Below are positions 31,276 to 43,548 of a DNA stretch of 64,000 nt, one piece after another. This DNA is from Cyanidioschyzon merolae (lineage: Eukaryota). Both the position numbers and the translations under genes were made by a program. Position 1 is the first letter of the stretch, and each line of letters begins with the position of its first letter. The stretch is taken from assembly GCA_000091205.1 (NCBI GenBank), contig AP006494.2. One strand, written 5' to 3'. Under the pieces are notes generated by a model, which was given only the letters and a program-made list of their open reading frames with translations, did not search any database and had not been told where the DNA came from.

Positions 31276-33054
31276 ATGTGTAGCGGTGCCACCTCAGAAG
31301 AGAATGACGGTCACATCATGGAACAGGATAGCTCAGCTGCGGTTGGTGGTAACGAGTCAGCGACGTCCGCTCAGTTGCACGGCATACCTGTGGTTTACCT
31401 CGCAACGGATGATCAGGCTCGCTTCGCAACCGCGGACTTACGCATTCAAAGTGTTCCTGGAGTGCCCCAAGAACTTGCTGACACCTTGGAGCGCGATTAC
31501 GCCATCACGCACCTCTTTCCATTTCAGAAAGAGGTGCTTGCGTATATCCGAAGCACCGCGCTGACGCACTCGGGGGACGTGCTGCTTGGCGCTCCCACTG
31601 GCAGTGGCAAGACACTTATCTACGCACTCGCAGTTCTTCTGGACTTGTATAGCTCTGCATCGCTGTTCTGCGTGCGGGCACTGGTGGTCTTACCTACGCG
31701 GGAACTCGCCCGCCAAGTTGAAGGCATCTTTAGGACTTTGACGGCTTCTGCAAAACTGTCCGCTCGCGTGGCCGTTTTATCACTTCTGAGGGAGCGTGTC
31801 CCTCGGAGCGATCTCTTGAACAGGCAAGCAGTATGCATTACAACACCAGGGCGGCTTGTGGAAGCGTTGGATCGGCATGAGCTCCTTCTTGCCGACTTGC
31901 GATGGCTGGTCATCGACGAGGCTGATCGGCTATTTCGTCAGTCGTACCAAAACTGGTTAGAGCGGCTACTCCAACGAATAGACTGTGCACGGCGGGTGCT
32001 AGATCCACCGTTAAGGCGTCTCAGAAAGCTGCTTTTCTCCGCCACGCAAACGAGGGATGCAACCCATTTGGCTGCGCTGCGCCTTCATCACCCGGTTTAC
32101 CTCCTGTGTCACGCGTCGACCGAAGGCGCTCGCCAACCATCGAAGTTGCGCAGGGGGCTCATGGACCAAGTACCTGCAGGACTGACCCTGTGCTCGCTGC
32201 GGTTTCTCTCCGAGGAGGATAAGCTGCGCTTCCTCCTTCGTCTCATTGTGTGTGGCCCGGACATCCTCGCCACGCTGAGGGATCCGTCTGACCAATCGAG
32301 TCGCCCAGATCATAACCGTATGTTGATTTTTGTGAAATCTGTTGAAACGACCCATCGACTTTGTCGATTCGTACAGCTCGCCTCGAACTGGTTATGGCTG
32401 AGGCATTACCCGAGTCCAGTATCTACTCGGGACCGGGGTCCGCGGCTGCTCGCAGAAGAGATAAGCAAACAGGTCTCCGAATCAGCACGTGCGGCGACGT
32501 TGGAGCGCTTCCAACGCGGCACGACGCAGTGGTTGATCTGTTCCGATGTCATGGCTCGGGGCATGGACATTGCGGAGGCATCGCATGTCGTGAATTTCGA
32601 TGTACCAGCACATCCAACAACTTATCTTCATCGAGTTGGACGCGTCGCACGGGCAGGTCGACCCGGAACTGCCTTAACGTTTCTTTTGCGAAACCAAGTG
32701 GGGTATTTTCAGTCTGAAATCATTGCACGGGTGCGCAACGATACCCAGAAGGACCTCGGAATCATTCGTGCAGAGCATATTGTCCCTGATTTGAGACGCG
32801 AACCTTTTGGTTTCGGTGTCGAGCATATCCTTCGTGGTACCGCATTGATACTTGAGCTTGAGCAACAGGCCCTGGTGGCACCACATCAACCATTGAGTCT
32901 TGTGATTAGTGCGTATGTTCGCGAGCAGGTTGTTGATGAGCCTGTGAATGAGGTGACGGAGATGCGCGCGGGAAAATCCGTGAAGCGAATGAAGCGCGCG
33001 CTGAGCATCATCGCACTTCAGAATTGGTGCGACAAGTCCGAAACCTTCGCATAG
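31276..33054 (+). CDS. DEAD-box ATP-dependent RNA helicase, DDX51/Dbp6-like (ribosome biogenesis)
   Basis: 'LLGAPTGSGKTLIYALAVL...VRALVVLPTRELARQVEGIF...TTPGRLVEALDRHELLLADLRWLVIDEADRLFRQSYQNWL...LFSATQT...HRVGRVARAGRPGTALTF' parallels DDX51 'VSAPTGSGKTLAFVIPVV...IRALVVLPTKELAQQV...TPGRLVDHI...LRFLIIDEADRMIDSMHQSWL'. The track start at 31207 is GTG; the first ATG is 31276, and 31318 is an alternative. Confidence 0.8.
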   Translation: MCSGATSEENDGHIMEQDSSAAVGGNESATSAQLHGIPVVYLATDDQARFATADLRIQSVPGVPQELADTLERDYAITHLFPFQKEVLAYIRSTALTHSGDVLLGAPTGSGKTLIYALAVLLDLYSSASLFCVRALVVLPTRELARQVEGIFRTLTASAKLSARVAVLSLLRERVPRSDLLNRQAVCITTPGRLVEALDRHELLLADLRWLVIDEADRLFRQSYQNWLERLLQRIDCARRVLDPPLRRLRKLLFSATQTRDATHLAALRLHHPVYLLCHASTEGARQPSKLRRGLMDQVPAGLTLCSLRFLSEEDKLRFLLRLIVCGPDILATLRDPSDQSSRPDHNRMLIFVKSVETTHRLCRFVQLASNWLWLRHYPSPVSTRDRGPRLLAEEISKQVSESARAATLERFQRGTTQWLICSDVMARGMDIAEASHVVNFDVPAHPTTYLHRVGRVARAGRPGTALTFLLRNQVGYFQSEIIARVRNDTQKDLGIIRAEHIVPDLRREPFGFGVEHILRGTALILELEQQALVAPHQPLSLVISAYVREQVVDEPVNEVTEMRAGKSVKRMKRALSIIALQNWCDKSETFA

Positions 33055-34987
33055 GGCACACGTACTCGGCAGCGTCGTCGAATGCACAGGCTACTGCTGT
33101 GATGTCATATGGTTGGTGGTTGTTTTCTTTTTGGGGGGGAGCGTGCTCTACCGCAACTGTGGTATGTTTCCCCATGCTGCATCAATGTTGAAGCATTATT
33201 AGGTGTCTAGCTCGAGCCACGCGATGATTATCGTTTGGCGAAGCGGCGGCATCTGCTGAGTGCAATGCACATATCAGCTTTGACGTATCCATTGCAATAT
33301 TACTTTGGAATGTGAACGCATATGCAATTCGAGAAGAACTCGGCCCGGTTTCGCGACGCCTGCAGTGAAATGGCATCCGCAAGCACGTGGGCGGAGGTAT
33401 GCATCGATCCGCGCTCAGCCGTCATTCCTATGCATTGAAAGCCAACACTAGGATCGGGATCACGCAGGCACGTGAACAAGAACCCGATTCAGCCGTACCC
33501 ATTATCGCTTGCCACCGGTTCGTGCGAAGAAGTGCAAGCTACAAGTCGCTTTGCGTCGGTCTGGTAATTTGCCAGCCCAAACGACCACGAAATTCCTGGA
33601 GGAATGACTCCAGGGGCACGCAGCACATCCAGTACCTTGATGAGCGCAGCATCTCAGTTCGTGCATGTTCACGACTCGCAAGGCATGATGGGAAAAGTTC
33701 GGCCAATCGGAAATTTACTCCTAGTCCAGTATCCGTGATCGTTCATATGCTTGCGTCTAAAAGTCATCGATCTAGATGTATTTTCAATGTGTATGTAAAA
33801 TCACTGAGCATCCGCTATCATGATGCATGCTTGAGGCCTCTGCGCCTGCTTTGAGTCTTCGTGCAAAGTCCGGCGGCGTCAGGTTGCCTCATGGTACACA
33901 AACAGAATCCAGTCGGCGAACAATCGTGCGTCCCGCTGCCTGCCGATTATCGGCTCCTCTGCTAAAGCGCACGTCATGCCCAGGGATCAGCTGGGCGACT
34001 CGAGGCATCCGCGACTTTTGTGCAGGCATATCCTTGAGCGGGCGCTTCGTCCACGTCTGCGACTGCTGCTTACCTCGTACCTTGAGAATACCCGCACGTG
34101 TTCGCGAATAACGCTCTCGGGATCGATGCTTGCTTTCGGGGAATCCCCGGGCGGAACGGATTCCGGCGCATACCTGGGCACGACGTGAGCGCAATCGTCT
34201 GTTTTGTCGAGAGCCACAAAGCGAGGAGGATTCTTCTTTCGAACAGAATCGATCACTGGACATGGCAAGTTTAGTGAAAGCTCGACTTGAGCGTACGAGC
34301 ATACCGTCACGGGAACAAGTCGCGTATATTTCTCGTCCATTCAGCGGCGCTAATGACACCGCGCAGTAGTCGCCCTGAAAATGATAGATTCTTGAAGAAT
34401 GCGTGATGTGAGCATACTATATGGAACAAAAGTACGCGATTAGCGACTTGTGCATGTGAATTGGCTAAGGATATCGGTTCATAGTCGAACTCTTCTTCAG
34501 GTACTTTCGAATCATCTTCATTACGGTGACGTAACGGATTCCAGCAGCTAGAGCTGATACGAGTCATCTCGAAAAAAAACCCCCACTGAAAATCTTGAAT
34601 TACCCATGAATACGCATGCTCGTATTGCGGCACGTCGACCCTCGAACCTGAATATCTAACACTGGTTCGCGAGAAATCTCAAGACAGGAACAGAACGTAC
34701 AGACCAGCGTTCCATGTTCATGATCAACGGGTACAAGGAGCGTATCCAGCGACCTTTCCAGTGTTCAGCGAACGTTTGCCCGCACACCAGCTATACGGTA
34801 TTGTCAGTCGCTACGGAGCGTCTGCTCGGAACGGGCCGTGCGACGCCTGCTTCTGCTGCGTCAATGAAAGACCCCGCCCTGGTACGCAGACGCGTCAAGT
34901 CGTGCTTTTTCGGGGTGAACGAGCTGCCCGCGACTTGCGTTTCGAACTGAGTGGATCGGCTTGTCCGGCTTTTCTCATGCGGCTGCG

Positions 34988-35509
34988 ATGCCTGCGCGTC
35001 TAGTCTGCGCAAGCTCCATACGTTCCCGAGGCTGGCTCACTGAGCCGCTGGGGAGGCTCGCTCAGCTCGTTTTCGTCGTGTCTGGCTTCTACGTAGGATA
35101 TGCTCTCGTTCTAAACCTGTTGGACTGGTTTGTACTGGGTAACGCAGGAGACCAAGGTTCTGTATTCGAGCGCATCTTCAACGCTGCGAGTCTGGGTTTG
35201 GAGAGCGTTCCGGCTATCGCGCACGCGTTGGCACTCAGCCTGGCTTTACTTTGGAGCGGCGTTCTCACTTACTATGTTGTGGATCGAGCTCGACAGTGCG
35301 TGGACTACACGACATCGCTCCTCGCATTTCATGTCATAGCGTGTTGGGCTAGCTTCGGTTTACCAGCTGGGCTCCTATGGTGGTGTTGGGTTTTCATGAT
35401 TGGAGGTGGTGCCGGCCTAGTCGCAACGATTCTCCGACAGCGCAAGGACCTAGCACCGATTGCCATTGTTACCGCTGAGAACGGACACAACAACATGGCG
35501 CTTCCGTAA
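34988..35509 (+). CDS. SYS1: SYS1 homologue (Golgi integral membrane protein, four transmembrane helices)
   Basis: 'RARQCVDYTTSLLAFHVIACWASFGLPAGLLWWCW' matches human SYS1 'RGKQCLDFTVTVHFFHLLGCWFYSSRFPSALTWWLV'. The N-terminus 'SRGWLTEPLGRLAQLVFVVSGFYVGYALVLNLLDWFV' aligns to 'FRSYVWDPLLILSQIVLMQTVYYGSLGLWLALVDGLV'. The track start at 34961 is TTG; the first ATG is 34988. Confidence 0.75.
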   Translation: MPARLVCASSIRSRGWLTEPLGRLAQLVFVVSGFYVGYALVLNLLDWFVLGNAGDQGSVFERIFNAASLGLESVPAIAHALALSLALLWSGVLTYYVVDRARQCVDYTTSLLAFHVIACWASFGLPAGLLWWCWVFMIGGGAGLVATILRQRKDLAPIAIVTAENGHNNMALP

Positions 35510-36893
35510 CGAAGGCGGGTACGTGGTGCTTTTGGTACCATTTTTGGAGTCCGCCATAGCGCGGGAAACCAGTCGGTCTATTGTACATGCTTGAGCATGC
35601 ATTTCCGCATCTATTGAAATTGTTGCCACCACCTCTGCGCAGCGTCTTTCGTAGAAACACTGTGATCCATGGAATAGCTTGGAGCGCTTAACGCTCGGGC
35701 ATCAGCACCCGTGCGCACCTATGCAACGCGAAACCTCCAGTGCAGTCCAATCCGAAGATGTTGCGACGCCTTGGTGTCAGGCGGTGCGCATCCGTCGCTA
35801 GCGTGTATGCGAACGCAGGAGCTGGTAGGTCCACTCTTGGCGGGACGCTCTCGTAGCATATATTGGCAACTGTCAGGGTGTCGAATATGCACTTTGCGCA
35901 TCGTCTCTGGAAAGCATGCCCGAAAGCGTGGTACATGAGAGTAGTCAGCAGCGCTTATGCCTGCCGAAGGCGTCACTCAAAGCAGTGAACGGGGTCATCC
36001 GTGTGAGCGCCGACGTCTCTGTTCATAAGTCGACAGGAAGCGGCATCATGGCAGGTATATCTCCCGCATGCGGCGCGTACCTGCGCGTGGGGTTGTGTGC
36101 CACGGTGCCGAGCTGCATCCCTGCCATGACGCATACAGGAACAACGTCATCGAGCCGCTGATCTGACCAATGTTTTCTGCAAGCACCAAGGATAAACATG
36201 CCCGATACCTTGCGTGCCGTCATCGAAGCGCGCCTTTGATCCGAACACGGAGCGGTTGATCCAAGCTGTCGTCCGTAAAAGCGCGGAAAGGTCCCCAGAT
36301 CGACGACCTGCTCTGGGGCATTCCACGCAACACCCAAAACCATGCACATGTCACTTTCAAATGTTGTGCAATTGCGACATTGTCGTCTCGGTCTGCAGGT
36401 TCACAGAGGAAACGCTTTTGCCAGTAAGTGCTCGTCTCTATCGTGAAGCACTGCAATGCACTGCACCATCGGCTGCAGGTTCATAAGAGGCGATTTTGCG
36501 CTACGAATCTCTTGTTGGCTTCAGCACGATGCTGCATCCATCCAGTGGACGTTGAAGCAGGATGGCTATCCGATGGTGTTCTCGGCGCTCCTATTTTCCT
36601 TCGAGCAGTTCATTTGTCCAGGACTCTGCATGCAACGGATTCAACGCATGCGCTGATGTTCGTGGAGCACGTCCAACGCCTCTATCCATGCCACTACGCT
36701 CTGGTCACTCGTGACCAGCAGCAGTTCTCGTTCAAGAAAACGTTCGGAAGCAAGCGGTTGCCGTTCAGCGTCGCGCCCGCGGTCATTGGAATGTAACCAG
36801 TTTTGCTTGTACCTACCGGGATGCTCGCGCGAGCAAAACGCGCAAACGTCCTTCACATCAAGTCGAAGCGCGCAAGACGTCTAAAGATGCGCA

Positions 36894-37535
36894 TCATCCG
36901 CACCGTTCCGGAAAGCTAGCTGAAGCACACTTTTCAGCGAGACACGCCCTGCAGGCGCTAACGTAATCTGCTGCCGGTTGGCAGCGAACGCGCTCAACGA
37001 GATCTTCAGCGAATGCATCTCGCTCTAAATGAAAACATCCCCGTCGACGCAGTTCCGTGAGCACCGCCCAGCGGTGCTGCCAAGCCGAGTTGTTCAGCGG
37101 GTCACGTTCGAGTTCGCGAACAGTGGTGCTGTTCCACTCTCGCCAGAGCAGATCTTCGTTTATAAGTTGCGGATTTCGAATCAACCACTGCCGATGACTG
37201 TACAAGTGATAGTTTTTCGCGTTTTCCGGGTCCGTGAGCAGCGCATCGAGCCGATCCAGCTCCTCTGCGCCGAGCGCTGACAGGGCTGAGGCCTCAAGCG
37301 CTTCACACTCGGTGAGACGCCTGATCAAAAGCACACGCCGGTGGTGCCAAACCTGGTAGTTCTTGGGAAACCTGCGGCACCACTGATCCGCTTTGGCCAA
37401 ATCGTCCTCGCCGAGCTCCCGTGCGATCTCCCAGGCAGTATAGTCCGCGGGGTTCAGTTGGAGGACCGGTTCCAGGCCAGCGTCAGCGATCCGATCCCGA
37501 GCGCGCTGGACACGTTCCACGCCACGTATCCTCAT
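36894..37535 (-). CDS. protein farnesyl-/geranylgeranyl-transferase type-1 alpha subunit (PPTA repeat protein), compact form
   Basis: Tandem prenyltransferase-alpha repeats: 'LNPADYTAWEIAREL...KNYQVWHHRRVLLIRRL...AKNYHLYSHRQWLI...NNSAWQHRWAVL'. Compare human FNTA 'ANYTVWHFRR...KNYQVWHHRRVLV...KNYHAWQHRQWVI...NNSVWNQRYFVI'. ATG at 37535 verified. At 213 aa it is short, so N- or C-terminal exons may be missed. Confidence 0.7.
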   Translation of the reverse strand: MRIRGVERVQRARDRIADAGLEPVLQLNPADYTAWEIARELGEDDLAKADQWCRRFPKNYQVWHHRRVLLIRRLTECEALEASALSALGAEELDRLDALLTDPENAKNYHLYSHRQWLIRNPQLINEDLLWREWNSTTVRELERDPLNNSAWQHRWAVLTELRRRGCFHLERDAFAEDLVERVRCQPAADYVSACRACLAEKCASASFPERCG

Positions 37536-38847
37536 GACAGCGCTTCTAGCGCTGCTTGATGGAAGCGTTTCAACCCAAGTGTGCGAGCCTGAAAACGAAC
37601 GAACACCGCTCTGCAGCAGATTGTCAAACTGACTATGAACCGCGGACGCTGCGGCATCGGTTTGCCTTTGTGGCCGCGCTCGCCGCCGCCAAGACTTTGT
37701 TGCAACACACGTCGTGTTACCGCTGCGACCCGCTTCGTATTCGAGCGATACTTGGCTTGGGTACGATCATCATCGACCCTGAGCTCTATGTGTTCGTGGA
37801 AATCATGGTCAGAGAAGCGAGTGTTCTGAGTTATATTGAACAGCGGAACGCGACTATCGATCCTCAGTTGCCCATGGATAGTGTTCTCGACGTATACAGA
37901 TGAAGCTCGATCCTTTCTGGGGTGCACAGCGGCACCGTGCCTGTTTCCTGCTCCAGCCGAGAATCTAATCCTCTTTTCCAGGTCAATGACTTTTTTACAT
38001 CGGGTGTCTGCAGCGTCTCACAACCAGGCGCGTACTGAGGCCGAAATGATTCCCTGCAAAGTTCATTTGACATGAATGTATTGGGGGCTCCAGAGGCACG
38101 ACATGTTGCCGGAAGTCGATTTTAGGCGGTGAATTCGAGGTGCGAAACTAGCTTTTGTGCGTTTTTGCTCATGCCATCTCAACATAGCACGTCTGTCATC
38201 TCCGATGGCTACGTCGTCTGATATTTGCTCACCCTGCCGCACACTATGCCCTGCGTTCCGATGTGTTCCGCGCATCTCTCCCGAGCCTGTACCAGCGTGA
38301 ATATAAGCCCATGAAGCGTTTGTGCTGTCCTGAGCACACTGATGGGGATCGATTCCCGCAGTTGTTGTATGCTCTCGTCGGCGGTGTACGAGTACAGCCC
38401 TTGTGCACTGCGGCGCGTCCAGCGCTATGGACTTGTACACAACGACTCGACGAATTCTGCCATATGCGTTGCGAAATCACTAAAGAACCTGGCGAATGCA
38501 TGATTCATGGGTCCGTACAACCGAAACCGGTCGCTCTCCCAGCGCTGTCTCATGTACTCAAGCAAAGAATCGTCGGCCTGAGCCATCTGGATACTCTGGT
38601 GTTCTCCCAATCGAGCGTTTACAGTACATCCAATGCTCGACACGGTACTCAGAGCGTTTAAACGAACCCTGGGGACGTCATCCCTGTTGCTCGTACGCCT
38701 CCTGGCGTCTAAAACGACCGGCGCCTGTTGGTACCGAGCCCTCGAAAAGTTCAGCAGGTTCATTCGCTTTCCCGTTTATCGGATCTGTGAAACGATAAAC
38801 GTTTCACGACCGTATCGTGCACACATACACCCATTCGCAGCCGCCTT

Positions 38848-41052
38848 TCAGCCTTTTATGAAAGAATGACTGCTATAGGCTTTCAGTTTCTCCTTGCACA
38901 CGTCGAGTCGGAGAGGCTGCAGCAAAAATTTGTATCTCGTCAGCTCTGCAGGTCTCTTCTGCGGCACCGCATATCTGCTGAAATTGATGGCGGCGTTGAC
39001 GTCCCGGTTCACGAACTCCATGCGTTTATTGCGTCTGGTAGATCTCATTAGTGCAATGGGGTCTCGGATTCGTGCCCGACCCCCATGAGCGACTACAGTC
39101 TCGTCAACTTCCCGCCGTGCAACCAGATTTTCTCGCCAATCAGCATTCTTCTCCTTCTTCTTTGACACTTGCGCTTCTTCGCTGGATGTTCGGCAAGCAG
39201 AGGTTTTTTCCTTTGCGTCGAACGCAGACACAGCGGGCTTCCGGGATCCTCTACTTGCATTTCGGTACCTATTCCCTGGATTTTTCCTTCTACATGAACG
39301 CACTCCTATATGCTCTTGATTGAGGACCTTCCCGGATGGAGGTGGACTCGATGCAGACACACGAAATCTGTCCCGGTATCAAGGTGAGTTGAATGCTTCA
39401 GCGATTCGCCCAGTGGAGCAAGCATTCGTATTCTCGACACTAGAAACTCCTTCGATGACGTTGAAACTCGCAGAGCTTACGTAGGAAACAAAAGCAGCTC
39501 TAGTCCTCGACAGATTCAGCAAAAGCTCGAACGCGAGTGGATTGGTAAAATACCGTGTTGTCTAATGGAAGTACGTCGCCAGACGTCAGGGAAAAGTCTT
39601 CTGTGATGCGACATAGTGGTTGGTGCTGGTATATGAGACTTCGGTACAGAGGAAACTGGAGCTGCCGAATGAATCCACTGCAGCTAGGAGAGCTGCTGAT
39701 GTCATCGTTCTCTTCGAATTTGATCGTACATAAAATTGGCTCTTTCACCTCGAGTATCCAGATACGCTCCGACCGTTTCATCCGAAGCAAGTCTCATCGA
39801 CTGAAGAAACAAATCGACGTCGGTCTATTTCATACCGATCGAGACGTTCCAGGAATTCTTTCGTTGCGATACGAGTAAAAGATGGCCGTGATTGAAACTG
39901 AACTCTACGTGCGATGGTGTTCCGGTTTTTTCCGGACCATAGGCACAAGCTGTAGAGAAACAGAGACCCACATGGCGTCTCCTGTTGTCGCTTTTGGTTT
40001 CCGTTAAATTAGATCAACGGGTCATTTTCAAACATTGAACGCAAGCAGTCTCTGGAACTATCGGTTACTGGCGCGGAGCGCAAATACTGCTTCTGTTCAG
40101 TGCTCCTCAACCATCTGCCTACTGTCGTGTGACTGACCTGAACGAGGGATGCAAACTTCGCAGCACTTTTCATGAAGGACTATATATATCCTACAGACGA
40201 TTTATCCACGGTCCATACGGTATACTGCATGGTGATTTCGATCTCCGGATATACACTGCTGCGGAGGAATCAAACACATTTGATTTGAAAGAATATAATG
40301 GGCCTTGATGTTCGAAACAGGGACCGAATCGAATACAAGCTTGCAGCGTCTTGGGCGATAGGATCCTCCGAGGGATTCCTTTCCGGTCTTAAAGGTACTG
40401 TCCAGCAAAGCGCAATGGCACGAGATGTTCCTAAGGCAGACCTCATGTTTGAAGCGTCCTTTGCATACGACGTCCATCGTTCCGAGATCAAGAGCAACAC
40501 AATAAGATCCGATGATCTGAAGCGACGCTCGCTCTGGCTGCAACATCTCGTCGATGCTCGCTACCTCTTTGATCTCTTTTGGCAACAGCTCGTCATTCGC
40601 GTCCGTTGTCACGCCAAGAGTTCCTTCCTCCAGAGCCCATATATCTGGGTCAGTGTGCTGCGGGTGCAACGCCCACGAGGCGAAATTCATGATGCCCTCG
40701 ACATTGAACAATATACAGTTTAGGATTTTCAGGCGTGTTTGAACCTTTTTGACACCTGTGCTGGAGACGCTTCGACCGGCAACGTCGCACTGCGGAGCGT
40801 CAAGAATTTTCCGCGAAGCGCATATGCAAATCTCTGGTCCAACGGTCAGGCCGTGCTGCATCTTCTGTCTCGAACATGAGTTGTGTTCAAGCACGAAAGT
40901 TTGATGGATAAATTCCGTAAGAATCTGGACAGCTTGCAGAGCTGCGTCCAGAGCTCCTGCGGATATTTGCTGAGCGATCTACGTCGAGGCGAGGAATGCC
41001 AGATGAGCCTCCCTCGAGTACGAAGCTGCTCGATCATTCCTAGCGTTCTGCA
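38848..41052 (-). pseudogene. TnpB/Fanzor-like RuvC nuclease (copy 2), fragmented
   Basis: ORF 40202..40894 (-) carries RuvC-I 'IIGSYCVALDLGTMDVVCKGRF' (D at about 40489-40487). ORF 39500..39790 (-) carries 'RIWILEVKEP' (candidate RuvC-II, comparable to copy 1 'FNILEMEMTD'). ORF 38848..39360 (-) ends in 'RRNKRMEFVNRDVNAAINFSRYA' (RuvC-III, about 39003-38962), which is highly similar to the element-3 C-terminus 'NRKKRVEFVNRDFDAAFNIRR'. Confidence 0.6.
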
Positions 41053-42951
41053 TATCGCCTCTTGCGAGATTCTCCCGTTGGTTTGTTTCAATCGAGAATC
41101 CTTGACAACGTTTGAAGACTGATATTCGCCCCACAGAAATTTTTCTATCCGGCCCCTCGTCGTCTTCTTTTCGCGAGGATGATTCCCTTCTTTGCTGAGC
41201 GGTACCTTCGCCTTGCCCGTTACTTTTGCGGGACGGAAAGGGTTCGGGTGCGATGCACCAGGTACGTTTTCCCAGTGACTCAGACGAACTGGATGGACGA
41301 TGGGAATCAAGTCCGCGTTTCCCATCTATGCATCTATCTACTATTCCGCGTGCATCTTTTCGTCGCCTTGCCCGACGCGCGCATGTGCATGAACCCAAAC
41401 GCACCATTCAGTGCTGTCCAACGCCCGAGCGGAGCAGCAAACAGTAGTTCTGGGCTGGTGAGGGGAGAGCGCGCGGCGTCGCAGGGAACGATTCGTCGAA
41501 TGACGTCATCAATGATTCGAACGACTCGAATGTGCGTTGTTGAGCGTAATCATGACGTTTGACAGCAGAGAAGACGCCTTCGACTCGACTGAAACGGAGA
41601 CCATAGGCTAGCATGAAGGGTAGCTCAGCTCTACTCTGAGTTACGTGCAGCATGCCCTTGTTCAGGTGATGGAAAGCGACGTTGTCGAACATTGAGACGG
41701 AGGAATCCTCTTCGGATACAATACGAAGTGTCCTTTGTCGAAGGATGATGAGCTGGTGAGTGGCCCTGTCGGGTTCCGGATTTTTGTCCGCGACCGTACG
41801 GCTGAGGTGCCGCAGGAGCCCCCACATCGAAATGCCCGCTTGACTCTTTCGTGCGAACAGCGGTTTTTCTTACCTTGAGTGCCCATACGCGGCTCTCGCA
41901 CTCGTTCCGGAGGCAGTTTCATCGAACTTGACGAGCACCCGCACCAAGTGTCATCAGCATTTGCGTTCCTCCAGGAAACCGATATTGCGTTGTGCACCGC
42001 ATACAGGTCTCGAATAGAGGCCCGATTTTTCTTCGTAAATGCGTTTCTCTTCGACATGGCTCGTACCAACGGTATGAAAAATTCACATCTGGTACATGCT
42101 TCGTATTTCTTCGACAGCGTACAGAGTGGAATGGGTGGACCACCATCCAGTCCTGTAGATAGCGTTTGAAACGTTCTGTTCAGCGTACACGATATTCTGG
42201 ATAAGAACTGGAACACTGGTGGTTTATCCGCCTGCTGACATCTGAATGACTCGACTATAGAAATAAAATCGTTTTTCGCAATCTACCTATGACAGTATAA
42301 AGTCTGTCCACGAGACCGCTCTCCGGTTCACAGCGTACGTACCTTTTGAGGCATACCTCGGGAAAATGCACGAAAACAAAACAGGGCGTATTGTTAGTTG
42401 CACCAGAATTTACGATTCTCTGTGTAAATCTTGCAGGTGTGCTCGTGTCACGGGAACTCCCCAACAAGGGAATGCTCGTTCCGAATGTCGCCCAGACTCG
42501 CTGCCAGAGCCCAAGCGTGCATGGCATGAGATTCGGAACGAATGTTGGTGTGGAGGCTCGCCGTTTTCCACGGTGGCCGCAGCTGGTGGCCAGTCTTTTT
42601 TTGGGGTGCTGCCTTTCGCACTCGCGATATACGTGTTGCGTTTCTGCACATTTTGGCGCTTAGGAACGCAAGGGCGCTCACGGAAGCGAGTTCCCGCGCA
42701 AGGGACTGGTGCCTGAACACACGGGTTGCGTCCGCGTAAATCGATGCTGACGCTCTTGCCTAACTTACAACTATATCAGAATGAAACAGAACCGGTCTAT
42801 GGACTGTGTCGCACATGCAAACCTTGCGGCCTGTTTCCATTTCCAATACCACCAGCCTGTATGAGATTGTTATACATCTGCTGCTTTTCCTGTCTCTGTT
42901 ATCTCACGCTTTGCATACTGGGGTTTAGTTTAGCTCGAGCTCCGTTGTCAG

Positions 42952-43548
42952 GTGTCGAAAGATATTGGCTGTTGCGTTCAATGCCCGATTTCCTTGCAAC
43001 CGACTGTTGTGGACATATTTGCTTCACAGGCGGAAGTTGCGATCTGGGCGTCACTCGCATTTTTACGCTGCTCTGCAGGTAGGCACGGTGCATCCCTCGC
43101 AGCGGTGACACCTGCGAGCGGTTTGATGTTCCCGTGTATCCACCACATATCCCACTGCTCCGAATGCTACTCTGTGGTGCGTGGACGCTTCCATCATCGC
43201 TCTGTGCAAGCGCTTGACGGGTACAGAAGGCTCGCGTCTACGCCCAGTTCCGTTTCTGCGCTCGATGCCGTACCCTGCGAGCACGGGCTTCTTCCAGACG
43301 ATTTCGTCGACGAGTACGCTGCCGTCCGAACACGAGGGCGCGAGCGCTTCCATTCCGTAGAGGATTTGTCGATTGTGATCGTGCGCTTGATGAATCAAGT
43401 ACCGGAAAGAAAATCCATGCTAGCGATGATGCCGCAAACGACGGATCCGTCTAAGCTAGCATCGTGCCAGTCAGTGACGCACGCTTCACAGGAAGCGATC
43501 GCTGCGATGATTCAGGTACGAGTCCATGACCTCTTCCATGCAACATGA
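42952..43548 (+). repeat. Divergent third copy (C) of the 1-kb repeat family, preserved at the protein level
   Basis: Copy C reads 'EVAIWASLAF...CYSVVRGRFHHRSVQALDGYRRLASTPSS...CEHGLLPDDFV' and copy A reads 'GVAIYGSHAT...HYMARERPFHRSVHALDGCRRIVWKRRLASAPGG.../SDHGLPLGDT'. DNA identity is about 70% with mostly synonymous codon changes (tcg/tct, gcc/gcg, gga/ggg, agg/aga). Copies A and B carry a frameshift relative to C. Confidence 0.45.
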
